Positions 51,362 through 60,163 of a stretch of 64,000 bases of DNA are shown here, piece after piece (within the stretch, counting starts at the first letter, position 1; every line of letters begins with the position of its first letter). Both the position numbers and the translations under genes were made by a program. This DNA comes from Cyanobacteriota bacterium (lineage in GTDB: Bacteria > Cyanobacteriota > Cyanobacteriia > PCC-6307 > Cyanobiaceae), in contig JBJOMY010000001.1 in the NCBI GenBank assembly GCA_046052125.1, forward strand, positions 416,001 to 480,000, given 5' to 3'. The notes beneath the pieces are model-generated. The model made no database searches and had not been told where the DNA came from. It saw only the letters and a list, made by a program, of their open reading frames with translations.

Positions 51362-53362
51362 GTGAAGATTCGACTGCCACGCTTCGGTATACGGCCCCTC
51401 GGGATCCGGCTGACGACCCTCCCGTGGCTTGTGCTCGCAACGGGGCTTGGCCTCACGGGCCTGTGGTGTCACCAGCAGCGGCTCTTCACGCGACTGGAGC
51501 ACGAACGGATTGAGCGCGACCTGGCTAACGCGATCAGCAACGCGATCACCTCACGCCTGCAGACCAACATCGCGGTGCTCAATGCCGTGGTGGGCCTCTT
51601 CGATGCATCCAAAGAGGTGGACCAGCAGGAATTCAACGCCTTCTACCAAGCCCTGAACCATGGAGGGGAGACGTTGAGCGGCATCCAGGGCGTTGGTTAT
51701 GCCGTTGTGGTGCCCAACGGCGACATCTCTGGCTTTGAGCGACAGGTGAGAAGCGCCGGGAGACCCCACTTCACGATCAAACCTGCAGGATCACGCCCGC
51801 TGACCAGCGCCATCCTCTATCTGGAACCGAACGACTGGCGCAATCAGCGGGCCCTCGGATTCGACATGTATTCCCAGGTGACCAGGCGGGAAGCAATGCA
51901 GCTGGCCGTCAGCACCGGTGAGGCCGCCTTGAGCGGACCTGTCCGGTTGTTGCAGGAAAACTCGATCCGCCCCCAGATCGGAGCCCTGCTCTACCAAGCG
52001 ATCTACCGAACCCCGAGTGAAGGCTTCAACTCCAGCCAGGACCGGTTCAATCACCTCAGAGGTTGGGCCTATTCACCCTTACGGATGGAGGATCTGATCC
52101 AGGGCGCTCTGGCCAGAGTGGAGGATCCCGCCCTGCCAGGCACCGGCGTATTGATCTACGACGGCTCGCGCAATCGAGCCGACAACCTCCTCTTCGACAA
52201 CCTCAAACTCGCCAACAGCCCACAGCTCACCCATCCCACCTGGCTCGAGGTGAGCATCGCCAATCGCACCTGGGTGATTGGCATTCAGCTCGACTACCGC
52301 AAACTCAATCCCGAGGGCTGGAGCAACACCCTGCTGCTGCAGGCGCTACTGGGCGTGAGCCTCAGTGTGCTTGCTGCTGTGATCAGCCAACAGTTGATCC
52401 GCAATCACCAATCCGTTCGCCAGGCCCTGTTGCGGGAGCAGGAAGCCTCCAGGGAACGGGCCCTTGCAGGCACGGTGTTTGACAGCAGCCCGGTGGCGAT
52501 CGTGGTGACCGATGCCCAAGGCGTGATCCTGAAGGTGAATCAGGCCTTCTGCCAGCTCACGGGCTATTCAGAACTAGAAGCGCGAGGAAACACCGCCAAC
52601 CTGTTGCGTTCAGGCAGGCACGACAACAGCTTCTATCAGGAGATGTGGTCGGCGATTCTCTCCAAGGGCTACTGGAGTGGTGAGATCTGGAACCGCCACC
52701 GCAATGGTCAGATCATTCGCCATGAGCTCTCGATCACAGCGGTGCTGGATGAGCACCAACAGCCGAGCAGTTTCGTGGGCCTCCTGCGCGATGTGAGCGA
52801 GCGCTATCAGCAGGAAGAGCGGATGCGGTTCATGGCAACGCACGATCAGCTCACCGGATTAGCCAATCGCACCCTGCTGATCGAAGAACTGAATCGCAGT
52901 CTTGCCCTCGCCAAACGCCAGGGATTCGGCGTGGGGCTGCTGTTCATCGACCTCAACCGCTTCAAGCCGGTGAACGACCGCTACGGCCACAGCACCGGTG
53001 ATGCCTTGCTAAAGGCCGTGGCTCAACGGCTGACCAGCACCTGCCGCAGCAGTGACACCCTCTGCCGCCAGGGCGGTGATGAGTTCGTGGTGCTGATTCC
53101 CGATGCCCCCTCGATTGAGCACCTGCAAACGCTGGCCAGAAAGCTGGTGGGTGCTCTGGAGCAGCCGTTTCCTGCAGGGCCTGACCTACCGAAGGAGATC
53201 ACCATCAGCGCCAGCATTGGCATCGCCCGCTGGCCCGATCACGCCAGCGATGCGGACGCGTTGATCGAAGCAGCCGACACGGCGATGTATGCCGCGAAGT
53301 TGCAGGGCGAAGCCTCGATTGCCATTGCAGCCGGCATCACGACCTCCGACTCGCCGAGCTGA
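51362..53362 (+). CDS. CHASE-PAS-GGDEF diguanylate cyclase
   Basis: Two TMs flanking CHASE (NQRALGFDM..SGPVRLLQE), PAS (VNQAF..TGYS..WSGEIWNR), HDQLTGLANR, RSSD I-site, GGDEF. Confidence 0.93.
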   Translation: MKIRLPRFGIRPLGIRLTTLPWLVLATGLGLTGLWCHQQRLFTRLEHERIERDLANAISNAITSRLQTNIAVLNAVVGLFDASKEVDQQEFNAFYQALNHGGETLSGIQGVGYAVVVPNGDISGFERQVRSAGRPHFTIKPAGSRPLTSAILYLEPNDWRNQRALGFDMYSQVTRREAMQLAVSTGEAALSGPVRLLQENSIRPQIGALLYQAIYRTPSEGFNSSQDRFNHLRGWAYSPLRMEDLIQGALARVEDPALPGTGVLIYDGSRNRADNLLFDNLKLANSPQLTHPTWLEVSIANRTWVIGIQLDYRKLNPEGWSNTLLLQALLGVSLSVLAAVISQQLIRNHQSVRQALLREQEASRERALAGTVFDSSPVAIVVTDAQGVILKVNQAFCQLTGYSELEARGNTANLLRSGRHDNSFYQEMWSAILSKGYWSGEIWNRHRNGQIIRHELSITAVLDEHQQPSSFVGLLRDVSERYQQEERMRFMATHDQLTGLANRTLLIEELNRSLALAKRQGFGVGLLFIDLNRFKPVNDRYGHSTGDALLKAVAQRLTSTCRSSDTLCRQGGDEFVVLIPDAPSIEHLQTLARKLVGALEQPFPAGPDLPKEITISASIGIARWPDHASDADALIEAADTAMYAAKLQGEASIAIAAGITTSDSPS

Positions 53363-53367
53363 TCGAC

Positions 53368-54240
53368 TCAGCGCCAGAGCGCATCGGCCATGCGCGCCAC
53401 CTGCACGATCGGGCCGCCGTCATGCACGCGCACCACATCCACCCCCACCGATACGCACTGGGCGACCACGGCCGCCGTGCCCCAAAGACGCGCTTTCGCA
53501 CGCGGTTCCTCAAGAACCGCTCCAATGAAGCGTTTACGCGATGGGCCCACCAGCAAAGGAATCCCTTCGGCCCGCAGCAGTGGCAGTCCCCGCAACAACT
53601 CCAGGTTCTGCTCGGTGGTTTTTGCGAAGCCGAGGCCGGGATCCCAGATCAGCTGCTCGCGCCGCAGTCCAGCTGCCATGGCTCGTTCGCTGGCCTGCTG
53701 CAGTTCCGCCAGAACCACCGGCACCACACCAGCGCTGCCGTAATCGGTGAGGCCATCCATGCTCTGGCTGTCGCCCCGGGAGTGCATCAGCACATAGGGG
53801 CAGCCCGCCTGGGCCACTAGCGGCAGGATCGCGGGGTCCGCACGGCCGCCACTCACATCGTTGATCCAATCAGCACCGGCGGCCAAGGCGGCTTCTGCCA
53901 CCGGCGCGCGGAACGTGTCCACCGAGATCAGTGGACGGCTGTTGGCCTGGGGGTCATCGCTGCGGGGCGGGCAGCGCAGCTCACCGCACTCAATGGCGCC
54001 CCGGATCAACTGCAACGCCGGCAGCAGCCGCGCCAGCTCCTCAGCCGCGCCGACATCCTCGGCACCAGGGCGGGTGCTCTGAGCGCCAAGATCAACGATG
54101 TCCACCCCCTGATCCACCAGGCGCCGAGCCTGAGCCAGGGCTCGTTCGGGGCGATCAAAGCGGCCGCCGTCGCTGAAGGAATCGGGGGTGACGTTGATCA
54201 CCCCCATCACATGGGTGCGCTGACCCCAGCGCAGGCTCAT
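53368..54240 (-). CDS. folP: Dihydropteroate synthase
   Basis: MGVINVTPDSFSDGG, STRPG, DPGLGFAK, SRKRFIG, RVHD. Confidence 0.96.
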   Translation of the reverse strand: MSLRWGQRTHVMGVINVTPDSFSDGGRFDRPERALAQARRLVDQGVDIVDLGAQSTRPGAEDVGAAEELARLLPALQLIRGAIECGELRCPPRSDDPQANSRPLISVDTFRAPVAEAALAAGADWINDVSGGRADPAILPLVAQAGCPYVLMHSRGDSQSMDGLTDYGSAGVVPVVLAELQQASERAMAAGLRREQLIWDPGLGFAKTTEQNLELLRGLPLLRAEGIPLLVGPSRKRFIGAVLEEPRAKARLWGTAAVVAQCVSVGVDVVRVHDGGPIVQVARMADALWR

Positions 54241-54980
54241 CAGGCTGCGACCGGCACCTGATAGTTGGCGATGCGGGCGAAGCCTTCGGGATCGAGGGAG
54301 GCGCCGCCCACCAGCACGCCGTCGATATCGCTCTGGGCCATCAATTGATCGATGGTGGCGGGGTTCACCGAACCGCCGTACTGAATCACCACCTCGGGGT
54401 AGCCCACCCACTGGCGGATCAGGCCGCAGATGCGGTTGGCTTCAGCCGCTTCACAGGTTTTGCCGGTGCCGATCGCCCAGATCGGCTCGTAGGCCACGAT
54501 CAACCGGGCTGGATCGAGCCCATCCACGCCCTGCTCCACCTGGCGACGAATCACGCGCTCGGCTTCGCCGGCTTCGCGCTGGGAATCACTCTCACCCACG
54601 CAGAGGATCGGGATGATGCCGTGCTTCTGGGCGCTGCGGGCGCGCAGATTGATCTGCTCGTCGGTTTCGCTGTAGTACTTGCGCGGCTCGCTGTGGCCCA
54701 CGATCGCGTGGGTCACGCCGTGCTCCAGCAGCATCGGCGCCGAGATCATGCCGGTGAAGGCACCTTTCTCCTGCCAGTGGATGTTCTGGGCAGAGATATG
54801 AATGCCGCTGCCGGCCAGGGCGCTGCTCAAGGTGGCGATCGCTGTGAAGGGGGGTGCGAGCACCACCTCGCGATCTTTGGGCAGGTTGGCCACCAGGGGC
54901 TTGAAGGCGTCGGCAAAGGCCTGCGCCTCAGCGCAGGTCATGTGCATCTTCCAGTTGCCTGCGATGACGGCCTTTCCCAC
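54240..54980 (-). CDS. tpiA: Triosephosphate isomerase
   Basis: [33 protein letters not shown]. Confidence 0.98.
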   Translation of the reverse strand: MGKAVIAGNWKMHMTCAEAQAFADAFKPLVANLPKDREVVLAPPFTAIATLSSALAGSGIHISAQNIHWQEKGAFTGMISAPMLLEHGVTHAIVGHSEPRKYYSETDEQINLRARSAQKHGIIPILCVGESDSQREAGEAERVIRRQVEQGVDGLDPARLIVAYEPIWAIGTGKTCEAAEANRICGLIRQWVGYPEVVIQYGGSVNPATIDQLMAQSDIDGVLVGGASLDPEGFARIANYQVPVAA

Positions 54981-55008
54981 AGCGTCCTGAACGAATCGAC
55001 CCACCAAC

Positions 55009-55233
55009 CTATGGCACCACATGGGTCTGGCCATCGAGCTCTACGCGATCGCCTGGCTTGAGCTTGCGGCCCCGCTGGGTCTCCTGAAACCCGTTCACTC
55101 GCACCTCGCCGCCCTGGATGCGTTGCTTGGCCTCACCGCCGGTGAACGCCACCCCTTGCCATTTGAGGAATTGATCGAGGCGAATCGGCTCGGGTCGGTT
55201 GCCTGTGGAGCCGGCACCTGGAGATGGGGCCAA
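55009..55233 (-). CDS. S4-domain RNA-binding protein
   Basis: [25 protein letters not shown] start inferred. Confidence 0.85.
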   Translation of the reverse strand: MAPSPGAGSTGNRPEPIRLDQFLKWQGVAFTGGEAKQRIQGGEVRVNGFQETQRGRKLKPGDRVELDGQTHVVP

Positions 55234-55257
55234 AAAAAGCGCTGATAGCTTGCCCCG

Positions 55258-56994
55258 ATGCTCGCACCCCCTTCGGCCGGCTTCCGGCGGCTCCTCCCGC
55301 TGCTGGTGCCCTATCGCTCCGCACTCCTGGCCGGTGGGGCGTGCATGCTCGTGTTTGTGGTGTGTTGGCCGCTGCTGGCCTGGCTGGCCGGCCAACTGAT
55401 CCCCGCGATCGGCGCCGGTGATTTCGGCCGGGTGCTGCAGGTGATCGGCCTGGCCCTCAGCGTGTTCATGCTGCAGAAGCTGGCCCAGTTCGGCCAAGAC
55501 ACCCTGCTGGCCGGACCTGCATTGCAAGTGAGCCAGGAGCTGCGCCGCCGCCTGTTCGCGCGGCTGCAACGGCTGGATTTCGGCGTGCTGGAAAAACTCT
55601 CCGCCGGCGACCTCACCTATCGCCTCACCGAAGACGCCGATCGCGTCGGCGAGGTGATCTACAAAACGATTCAGGACACCACCCCTTCAGCGCTGCAGTT
55701 GGTGGTGGTGTTCGGCTACATGGTCTGGCTCGACTGGAAGCTGTCGCTGGGCACCTTGCTGTTGGCGCCGCTGGTGGCGGTGCTGGTGAGTGTGTTCGGC
55801 GCCAAGGTGATGGGCGCAGCCGAGAAGAGTCAGAAGCAGGTGAGCGAGCTGGCCGCCCTGCTCGGTGAGGCAATTGGCGGGCTGCCACTCGTGCGTGCCT
55901 TCGCCGCTGAACCCTGGCTGCAGCAGCGCTTCGAAACGGAGATCGATCTGCACCGCCGCGCCCGCTACCGCACCCAGCGGCTGCTGGCCCTGCAATACCC
56001 GGTGGTGGGCTTCCTGGAGGCCGCCGGCATCCTGGCGGTGCTGCTGATGGGCGCCGCTCGCATCCAAAGCGGCGACCTCAACGGCCAGGGCTTCAGTAGT
56101 TACGTGGCGGCCCTGCTGATGCTGATCGATCCGATCAGTCACCTCACCACCAACTTCAACGAGTTCCAGCAGGGGCAGGCCTCGCTGCGGCGCCTGCGGG
56201 AGATCGAGCAGCAGGCGGTGGAGCCACCCGATCGCCCCCAGGCACTGCCCCTGGGCCAGGTGGCGGGCGAACTCACCCTCGAGCAGGTGAGCTTCAGCTA
56301 CGAGGCCGAACAACCTGTGCTGCGCGACCTCAGCCTGCGGGTGGAGCCGGGCCAGGTGGTGGCGCTGGTGGGCCCCTCCGGGGCTGGCAAAAGCACCTTG
56401 TTCTCGCTGCTGCTGCGCTTCAACACCGCCCAGAGCGGCCGTGTGCTGCTGGATGGCCGCGATCTGGCGGATCTCAAGGCGAGCGAGCTGCGCAAGGCCG
56501 TGGCGCTGGTGCCCCAACAGAGCGCCGTGTTTTCCGGAACAGTGGCCGAGGCGATCGCCTTCGGCCGCCCGGCCAGCCCCGATCAGATCCGAGCCGCGGC
56601 ACGCCTGGCCAACGCCGACGGATTCATCGAAGCGATGCCCGGTGGCTACGACGCCCGCGTGGAAGAGCGGGGCAGCAACTTCTCGGGCGGTCAGCTGCAA
56701 CGGCTGGCCATTGCCCGGGCGGTGTTGGGGGATCCGGCGGTGTTGCTGCTCGATGAAGCCACCAGCGCCCTCGATGCCGAATCAGAAGAAGCGGTGCAGC
56801 GCGGGCTGGATCAGGCCATGGCCGGACGCACCGTGCTGGTGATCGCCCACCGCCTCTCCACGGTGCAGGAGGCCGATTCGATCGTGGTGCTCGAGCACGG
56901 CCAGATCGTGGATCAGGGCAACCACGACCTCTTGATCAGCCGCCCCGGCCGCTACCGCGATCTGTGCGAGCGGCAGTTGATCCGGGGGGCGTAA
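55258..56994 (+). CDS. ABC exporter, fused permease/ATPase (MsbA-like)
   Basis: TM domain, GPSGAGKS, FSGGQLQR, LDEATSALD. Confidence 0.92.
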   Translation: MLAPPSAGFRRLLPLLVPYRSALLAGGACMLVFVVCWPLLAWLAGQLIPAIGAGDFGRVLQVIGLALSVFMLQKLAQFGQDTLLAGPALQVSQELRRRLFARLQRLDFGVLEKLSAGDLTYRLTEDADRVGEVIYKTIQDTTPSALQLVVVFGYMVWLDWKLSLGTLLLAPLVAVLVSVFGAKVMGAAEKSQKQVSELAALLGEAIGGLPLVRAFAAEPWLQQRFETEIDLHRRARYRTQRLLALQYPVVGFLEAAGILAVLLMGAARIQSGDLNGQGFSSYVAALLMLIDPISHLTTNFNEFQQGQASLRRLREIEQQAVEPPDRPQALPLGQVAGELTLEQVSFSYEAEQPVLRDLSLRVEPGQVVALVGPSGAGKSTLFSLLLRFNTAQSGRVLLDGRDLADLKASELRKAVALVPQQSAVFSGTVAEAIAFGRPASPDQIRAAARLANADGFIEAMPGGYDARVEERGSNFSGGQLQRLAIARAVLGDPAVLLLDEATSALDAESEEAVQRGLDQAMAGRTVLVIAHRLSTVQEADSIVVLEHGQIVDQGNHDLLISRPGRYRDLCERQLIRGA

Positions 56995-57053
56995 TCCGCA
57001 CGGGCCCAATGGCTGCAGGGCCCATAAGCTGGCCCGGCAAGCAATCAGACCCC

Positions 57054-57281
57054 GTGACCGACTCCGCCGCGCAGCAGCCCCCCGTGCTCACCTTTGAGGG
57101 CAAGCGCTACGACCTCAACACCCTTCCCGACGACCTGAAGGAGCTGGTGCGCGGCATGCAGGTGGCCGACGCCCAGCTGCGCATGCACGAAGACACCCTC
57201 AAGGTGTTGGCGGTGGGCCGTCAGTCGATGGCAATGCAGCTGAACGAGCGGCTCAAAGGGATCACCCCCCTGGCCGACTGA
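57054..57281 (+). CDS. Small conserved hypothetical protein
   Basis: LTFEGKRYDLNTLP..QVADAQ; host-like codon usage. Confidence 0.75.
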   Translation: MTDSAAQQPPVLTFEGKRYDLNTLPDDLKELVRGMQVADAQLRMHEDTLKVLAVGRQSMAMQLNERLKGITPLAD

Positions 57282-57297
57282 GCGCCGAGCGGCGGGG

Positions 57298-58278
57298 TCA
57301 GCCCGGCGGCAGGCCCCGCTCGTTGAAGATCCCTTCAAACAGCACCGAGCTGAGATAGCGCTCGCCGGAATCCGGCAGCACCACCACGATCGTTTTGCCG
57401 GCGTACTGAGGCTCGCGGGCCAGGCGCAGAGCCGCAGCCGCCGCTGCGCCGCAGCTGATCCCCGCCAGGATTCCTTCTTCGCGAGCGAGGCGACGGGCCA
57501 TGGTGACGGCCTCCTCATCGCTCACCTGCTCCACCCGATCCACCATCCCCAGATCGAGGTTGCCCGGCACAAAGCCGGCGCCGATGCCCTGGATTTTGTG
57601 GGGACCGGGCTGCAGCGGTTGACCGGTTTTGGTCTGGCTGATCACCGGGCTGTTGGTGGGCTCCACCGCCACGCTCACCAGCGGCTTACCGAGGGTGTTT
57701 TTGATGTAGCGGCTGATCCCGGTGATCGTGCCGCCGGTGCCCACGCCGGACACCAGCACATCCACCTGGCCATCGGTATCGCTCCAGATCTCCGGGCCAG
57801 TGGTGTCGTGATGGATCTGGGGGTTAGCCGGATTCACGAACTGCTGCAGCAGCACAAAGCGATCGGGATCGCTCTCGGCGATCTCTTTAGCTCGGTTCAC
57901 GGCGCCGGTCATGCCCATCCGGCCCTCGGTGAGCTCGAGGTGAGCGCCAAAGGCGGTGAGCAGCTTGCGCCGCTCGAGGCTCATCGTTTCCGGCATGGTG
58001 AGCGTGAGCCGGATGCCCTTGCTGGCGGCCACAAACGCCAGGGCGATGCCGGTGTTGCCGCTGGTGGGCTCGATCAGTTCCTTGCCAGGGCCCAGCAGGC
58101 CATCGCGCTCGGCGGCCGCCACCATCGCTGCCCCGATCCGGCATTTCACCGAGTAGGCCGGATTGCGACCTTCAATCTTGGCGAGCACCCGGGCGCCGCA
58201 TCCCTCGCTGAGCCGGTTGAGCTGCACCAGGGGCGTGCGGCCGATCGTGAGGCTGTTGTCGCTGAAGATCGCGGCCAT
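57298..58278 (-). CDS. cysK: Cysteine synthase A
   Basis: [40 protein letters not shown]. Confidence 0.96.
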   Translation of the reverse strand: MAAIFSDNSLTIGRTPLVQLNRLSEGCGARVLAKIEGRNPAYSVKCRIGAAMVAAAERDGLLGPGKELIEPTSGNTGIALAFVAASKGIRLTLTMPETMSLERRKLLTAFGAHLELTEGRMGMTGAVNRAKEIAESDPDRFVLLQQFVNPANPQIHHDTTGPEIWSDTDGQVDVLVSGVGTGGTITGISRYIKNTLGKPLVSVAVEPTNSPVISQTKTGQPLQPGPHKIQGIGAGFVPGNLDLGMVDRVEQVSDEEAVTMARRLAREEGILAGISCGAAAAAALRLAREPQYAGKTIVVVLPDSGERYLSSVLFEGIFNERGLPPG

Positions 58279-58377
58279 CGCTCGGCGATTGAACACAACT
58301 AGTGCCCCGCACCCTAGGTAGAGCCCTGGCCAGTGGGCAAAACCCACCTAACGTGTTGCGTTCACGCCTGCCATTTG

Positions 58378-58878
58378 GTGAACCCCACAACCCTGCGCCG
58401 CATCACGGCTGTGCTGCTGTTCGTTGCAGCAGCCGCCTCGATCGCACTGCCGTTCCTCTCCGCCACTGCACTCACCTTGAGCATCGGCGTGATTGCAGCC
58501 GTGGCCGGGGTGACCCAACTGCTCCGGCTTGGCCAGGCAGAAGGCACCAAGGGCAAGGTCTTCCGCGCGCTCTCGGGCCTCTTCTATCTGGTGGCTGGCA
58601 TCTGGGTGGTGGCGTATCCCATCGAAAGCGAAATCAGCCTCACCTTGTTTGTGGGCCTGCTGCTGATCTTCGAAGGCGTGATGGAACTCGCAGCTGCAGC
58701 CGCCAGCCAGGGCGAGGCCCGCGGCCTGGTGCTGATGGATGGCGTGGTCACGGCGATCCTGGGCGGCCTGCTGGTGGCCGAATGGCCCAGCGACAGCCTC
58801 TGGGCCGTGGGCATGCTGTTTGGCATTTCCCTGTTCTTCAGCGCCTTCCGCCTGCTCACCACCCCGGCTGAGGCCTGA
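58378..58878 (+). CDS. HdeD/DUF308 family membrane protein
   Basis: About six TM helices; WPSDSLWAVG motif. Confidence 0.8.
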   Translation: MNPTTLRRITAVLLFVAAAASIALPFLSATALTLSIGVIAAVAGVTQLLRLGQAEGTKGKVFRALSGLFYLVAGIWVVAYPIESEISLTLFVGLLLIFEGVMELAAAAASQGEARGLVLMDGVVTAILGGLLVAEWPSDSLWAVGMLFGISLFFSAFRLLTTPAEA

Positions 58879-58926
58879 TCCAGGGGCGGCCGCCCCTGAG
58901 CAAAGGAGCGCGGCCGCTTTCAGCCC

Positions 58927-60132
58927 ATGACTCGATTCGTTGTGGTAGGGGCGGGCCCCGCGGGCCTGAGCCTCGCCTACCTGCTCGCTCAGCAAGGCCA
59001 CCAGGTGGCACTGGTGGATGCCAGCACCAACTTCAGCCGGCAGTTCCGCGGCGATGCGCTGATGCCCTGCGGGCTTGAAGCCCTCAGCCACATGGGGCTA
59101 TCGAACCTGGTGGCTGAGCTGCCCCAACGGCCGCTCCAGGATTGGAGCGTGTGGATTGAAGGGCGGCGGCTCTTTCGGGTGAGCGAGCCGATAGGGTCGC
59201 TGCAACCCTGCCGCCTGGTGGCTCAGCAACAGCTGCTCGAGGCCCTACTGGAGCGGGCCCTGCAGCTACCCACCCTGCAGTGGTACCCAGGCCAGAGCGT
59301 GCAGAGCCTCCTGCATACCGGCGAGCCACCAAATCGCATCAGCGGCGTACAGCTGGCTGATGGCCAGTGCCTGGAGGCTGATCTGGTGGTGGGCTGTGAT
59401 GGCCGCCAGTCGCTGCTGCGCCGCCTGGCGGGCCTGAAGCTGAGCAGCCAGGGTCCCGGCCTCGATCTGCTCTGGTTTGAGCTGCCAACACCACTCCCGA
59501 GCGGACAGTGGGAAGGTTTCAACACGCTGGTGGCGGGCGGCCAGATCGGCAGCGCTTGCCTCGGGGCCAACGGATCACTGCAGCTGGCCTGGTTGCTGCA
59601 ACCCGGAGCTCCAGTGCCCAGGCTCGAGCTCAACGCCTGGGCAGAGCAGCTGGCCGCATTGATGCCCGAGCCGATGGCGGCGCTTTTTCTGGAGCACGCC
59701 GATCGGCTGGAAGGGCCAAGGCGAGTGTCGGTGCAGGTGGGGCTGGCGGAGCGCTGGCAGCGCCCTGGGCTGCTGCTCCTGGGGGATGCGGCCCACCCGA
59801 TGAGCCCCGTGCGCGCCCAGGGCATCAACATGGCGCTGCGCGACAGCGTGGTGGCAGCCCACTGGCTCAGCCGCGCGACTGCTGCGGAGCTTGATGCGGC
59901 GGCTGTGCAGGTGGAGCGGCAACGGCGGCCGGAGATTCAGCGCATGCAACGGCTCCAGCAAGCGGAAGCCAGCCAGGGTCACCGCATCGGCCACAGCGCC
60001 CTGCTGCGCCACAGCCTGGCCCTGTTGAGCCCGGTGCTGGGTCCAGTCGCACAGCGGGTGTGGCAACAACGGCAAAAGCCGCTGCGGCTGGGGCTCCCAG
60101 GAGCCCTGCCTGCAGCGGCTTTGTCGCCCTAG
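58927..60132 (+). CDS. FAD-dependent monooxygenase/oxidoreductase
   Basis: GAGPAG, FRGD, GCDG, GDAAHPMSPVRAQGINMA. Confidence 0.88.
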   Translation: MTRFVVVGAGPAGLSLAYLLAQQGHQVALVDASTNFSRQFRGDALMPCGLEALSHMGLSNLVAELPQRPLQDWSVWIEGRRLFRVSEPIGSLQPCRLVAQQQLLEALLERALQLPTLQWYPGQSVQSLLHTGEPPNRISGVQLADGQCLEADLVVGCDGRQSLLRRLAGLKLSSQGPGLDLLWFELPTPLPSGQWEGFNTLVAGGQIGSACLGANGSLQLAWLLQPGAPVPRLELNAWAEQLAALMPEPMAALFLEHADRLEGPRRVSVQVGLAERWQRPGLLLLGDAAHPMSPVRAQGINMALRDSVVAAHWLSRATAAELDAAAVQVERQRRPEIQRMQRLQQAEASQGHRIGHSALLRHSLALLSPVLGPVAQRVWQQRQKPLRLGLPGALPAAALSP

Positions 60133-60163
60133 ATCAGCTGAACGGGTCAGCCGAAATCGAGGC

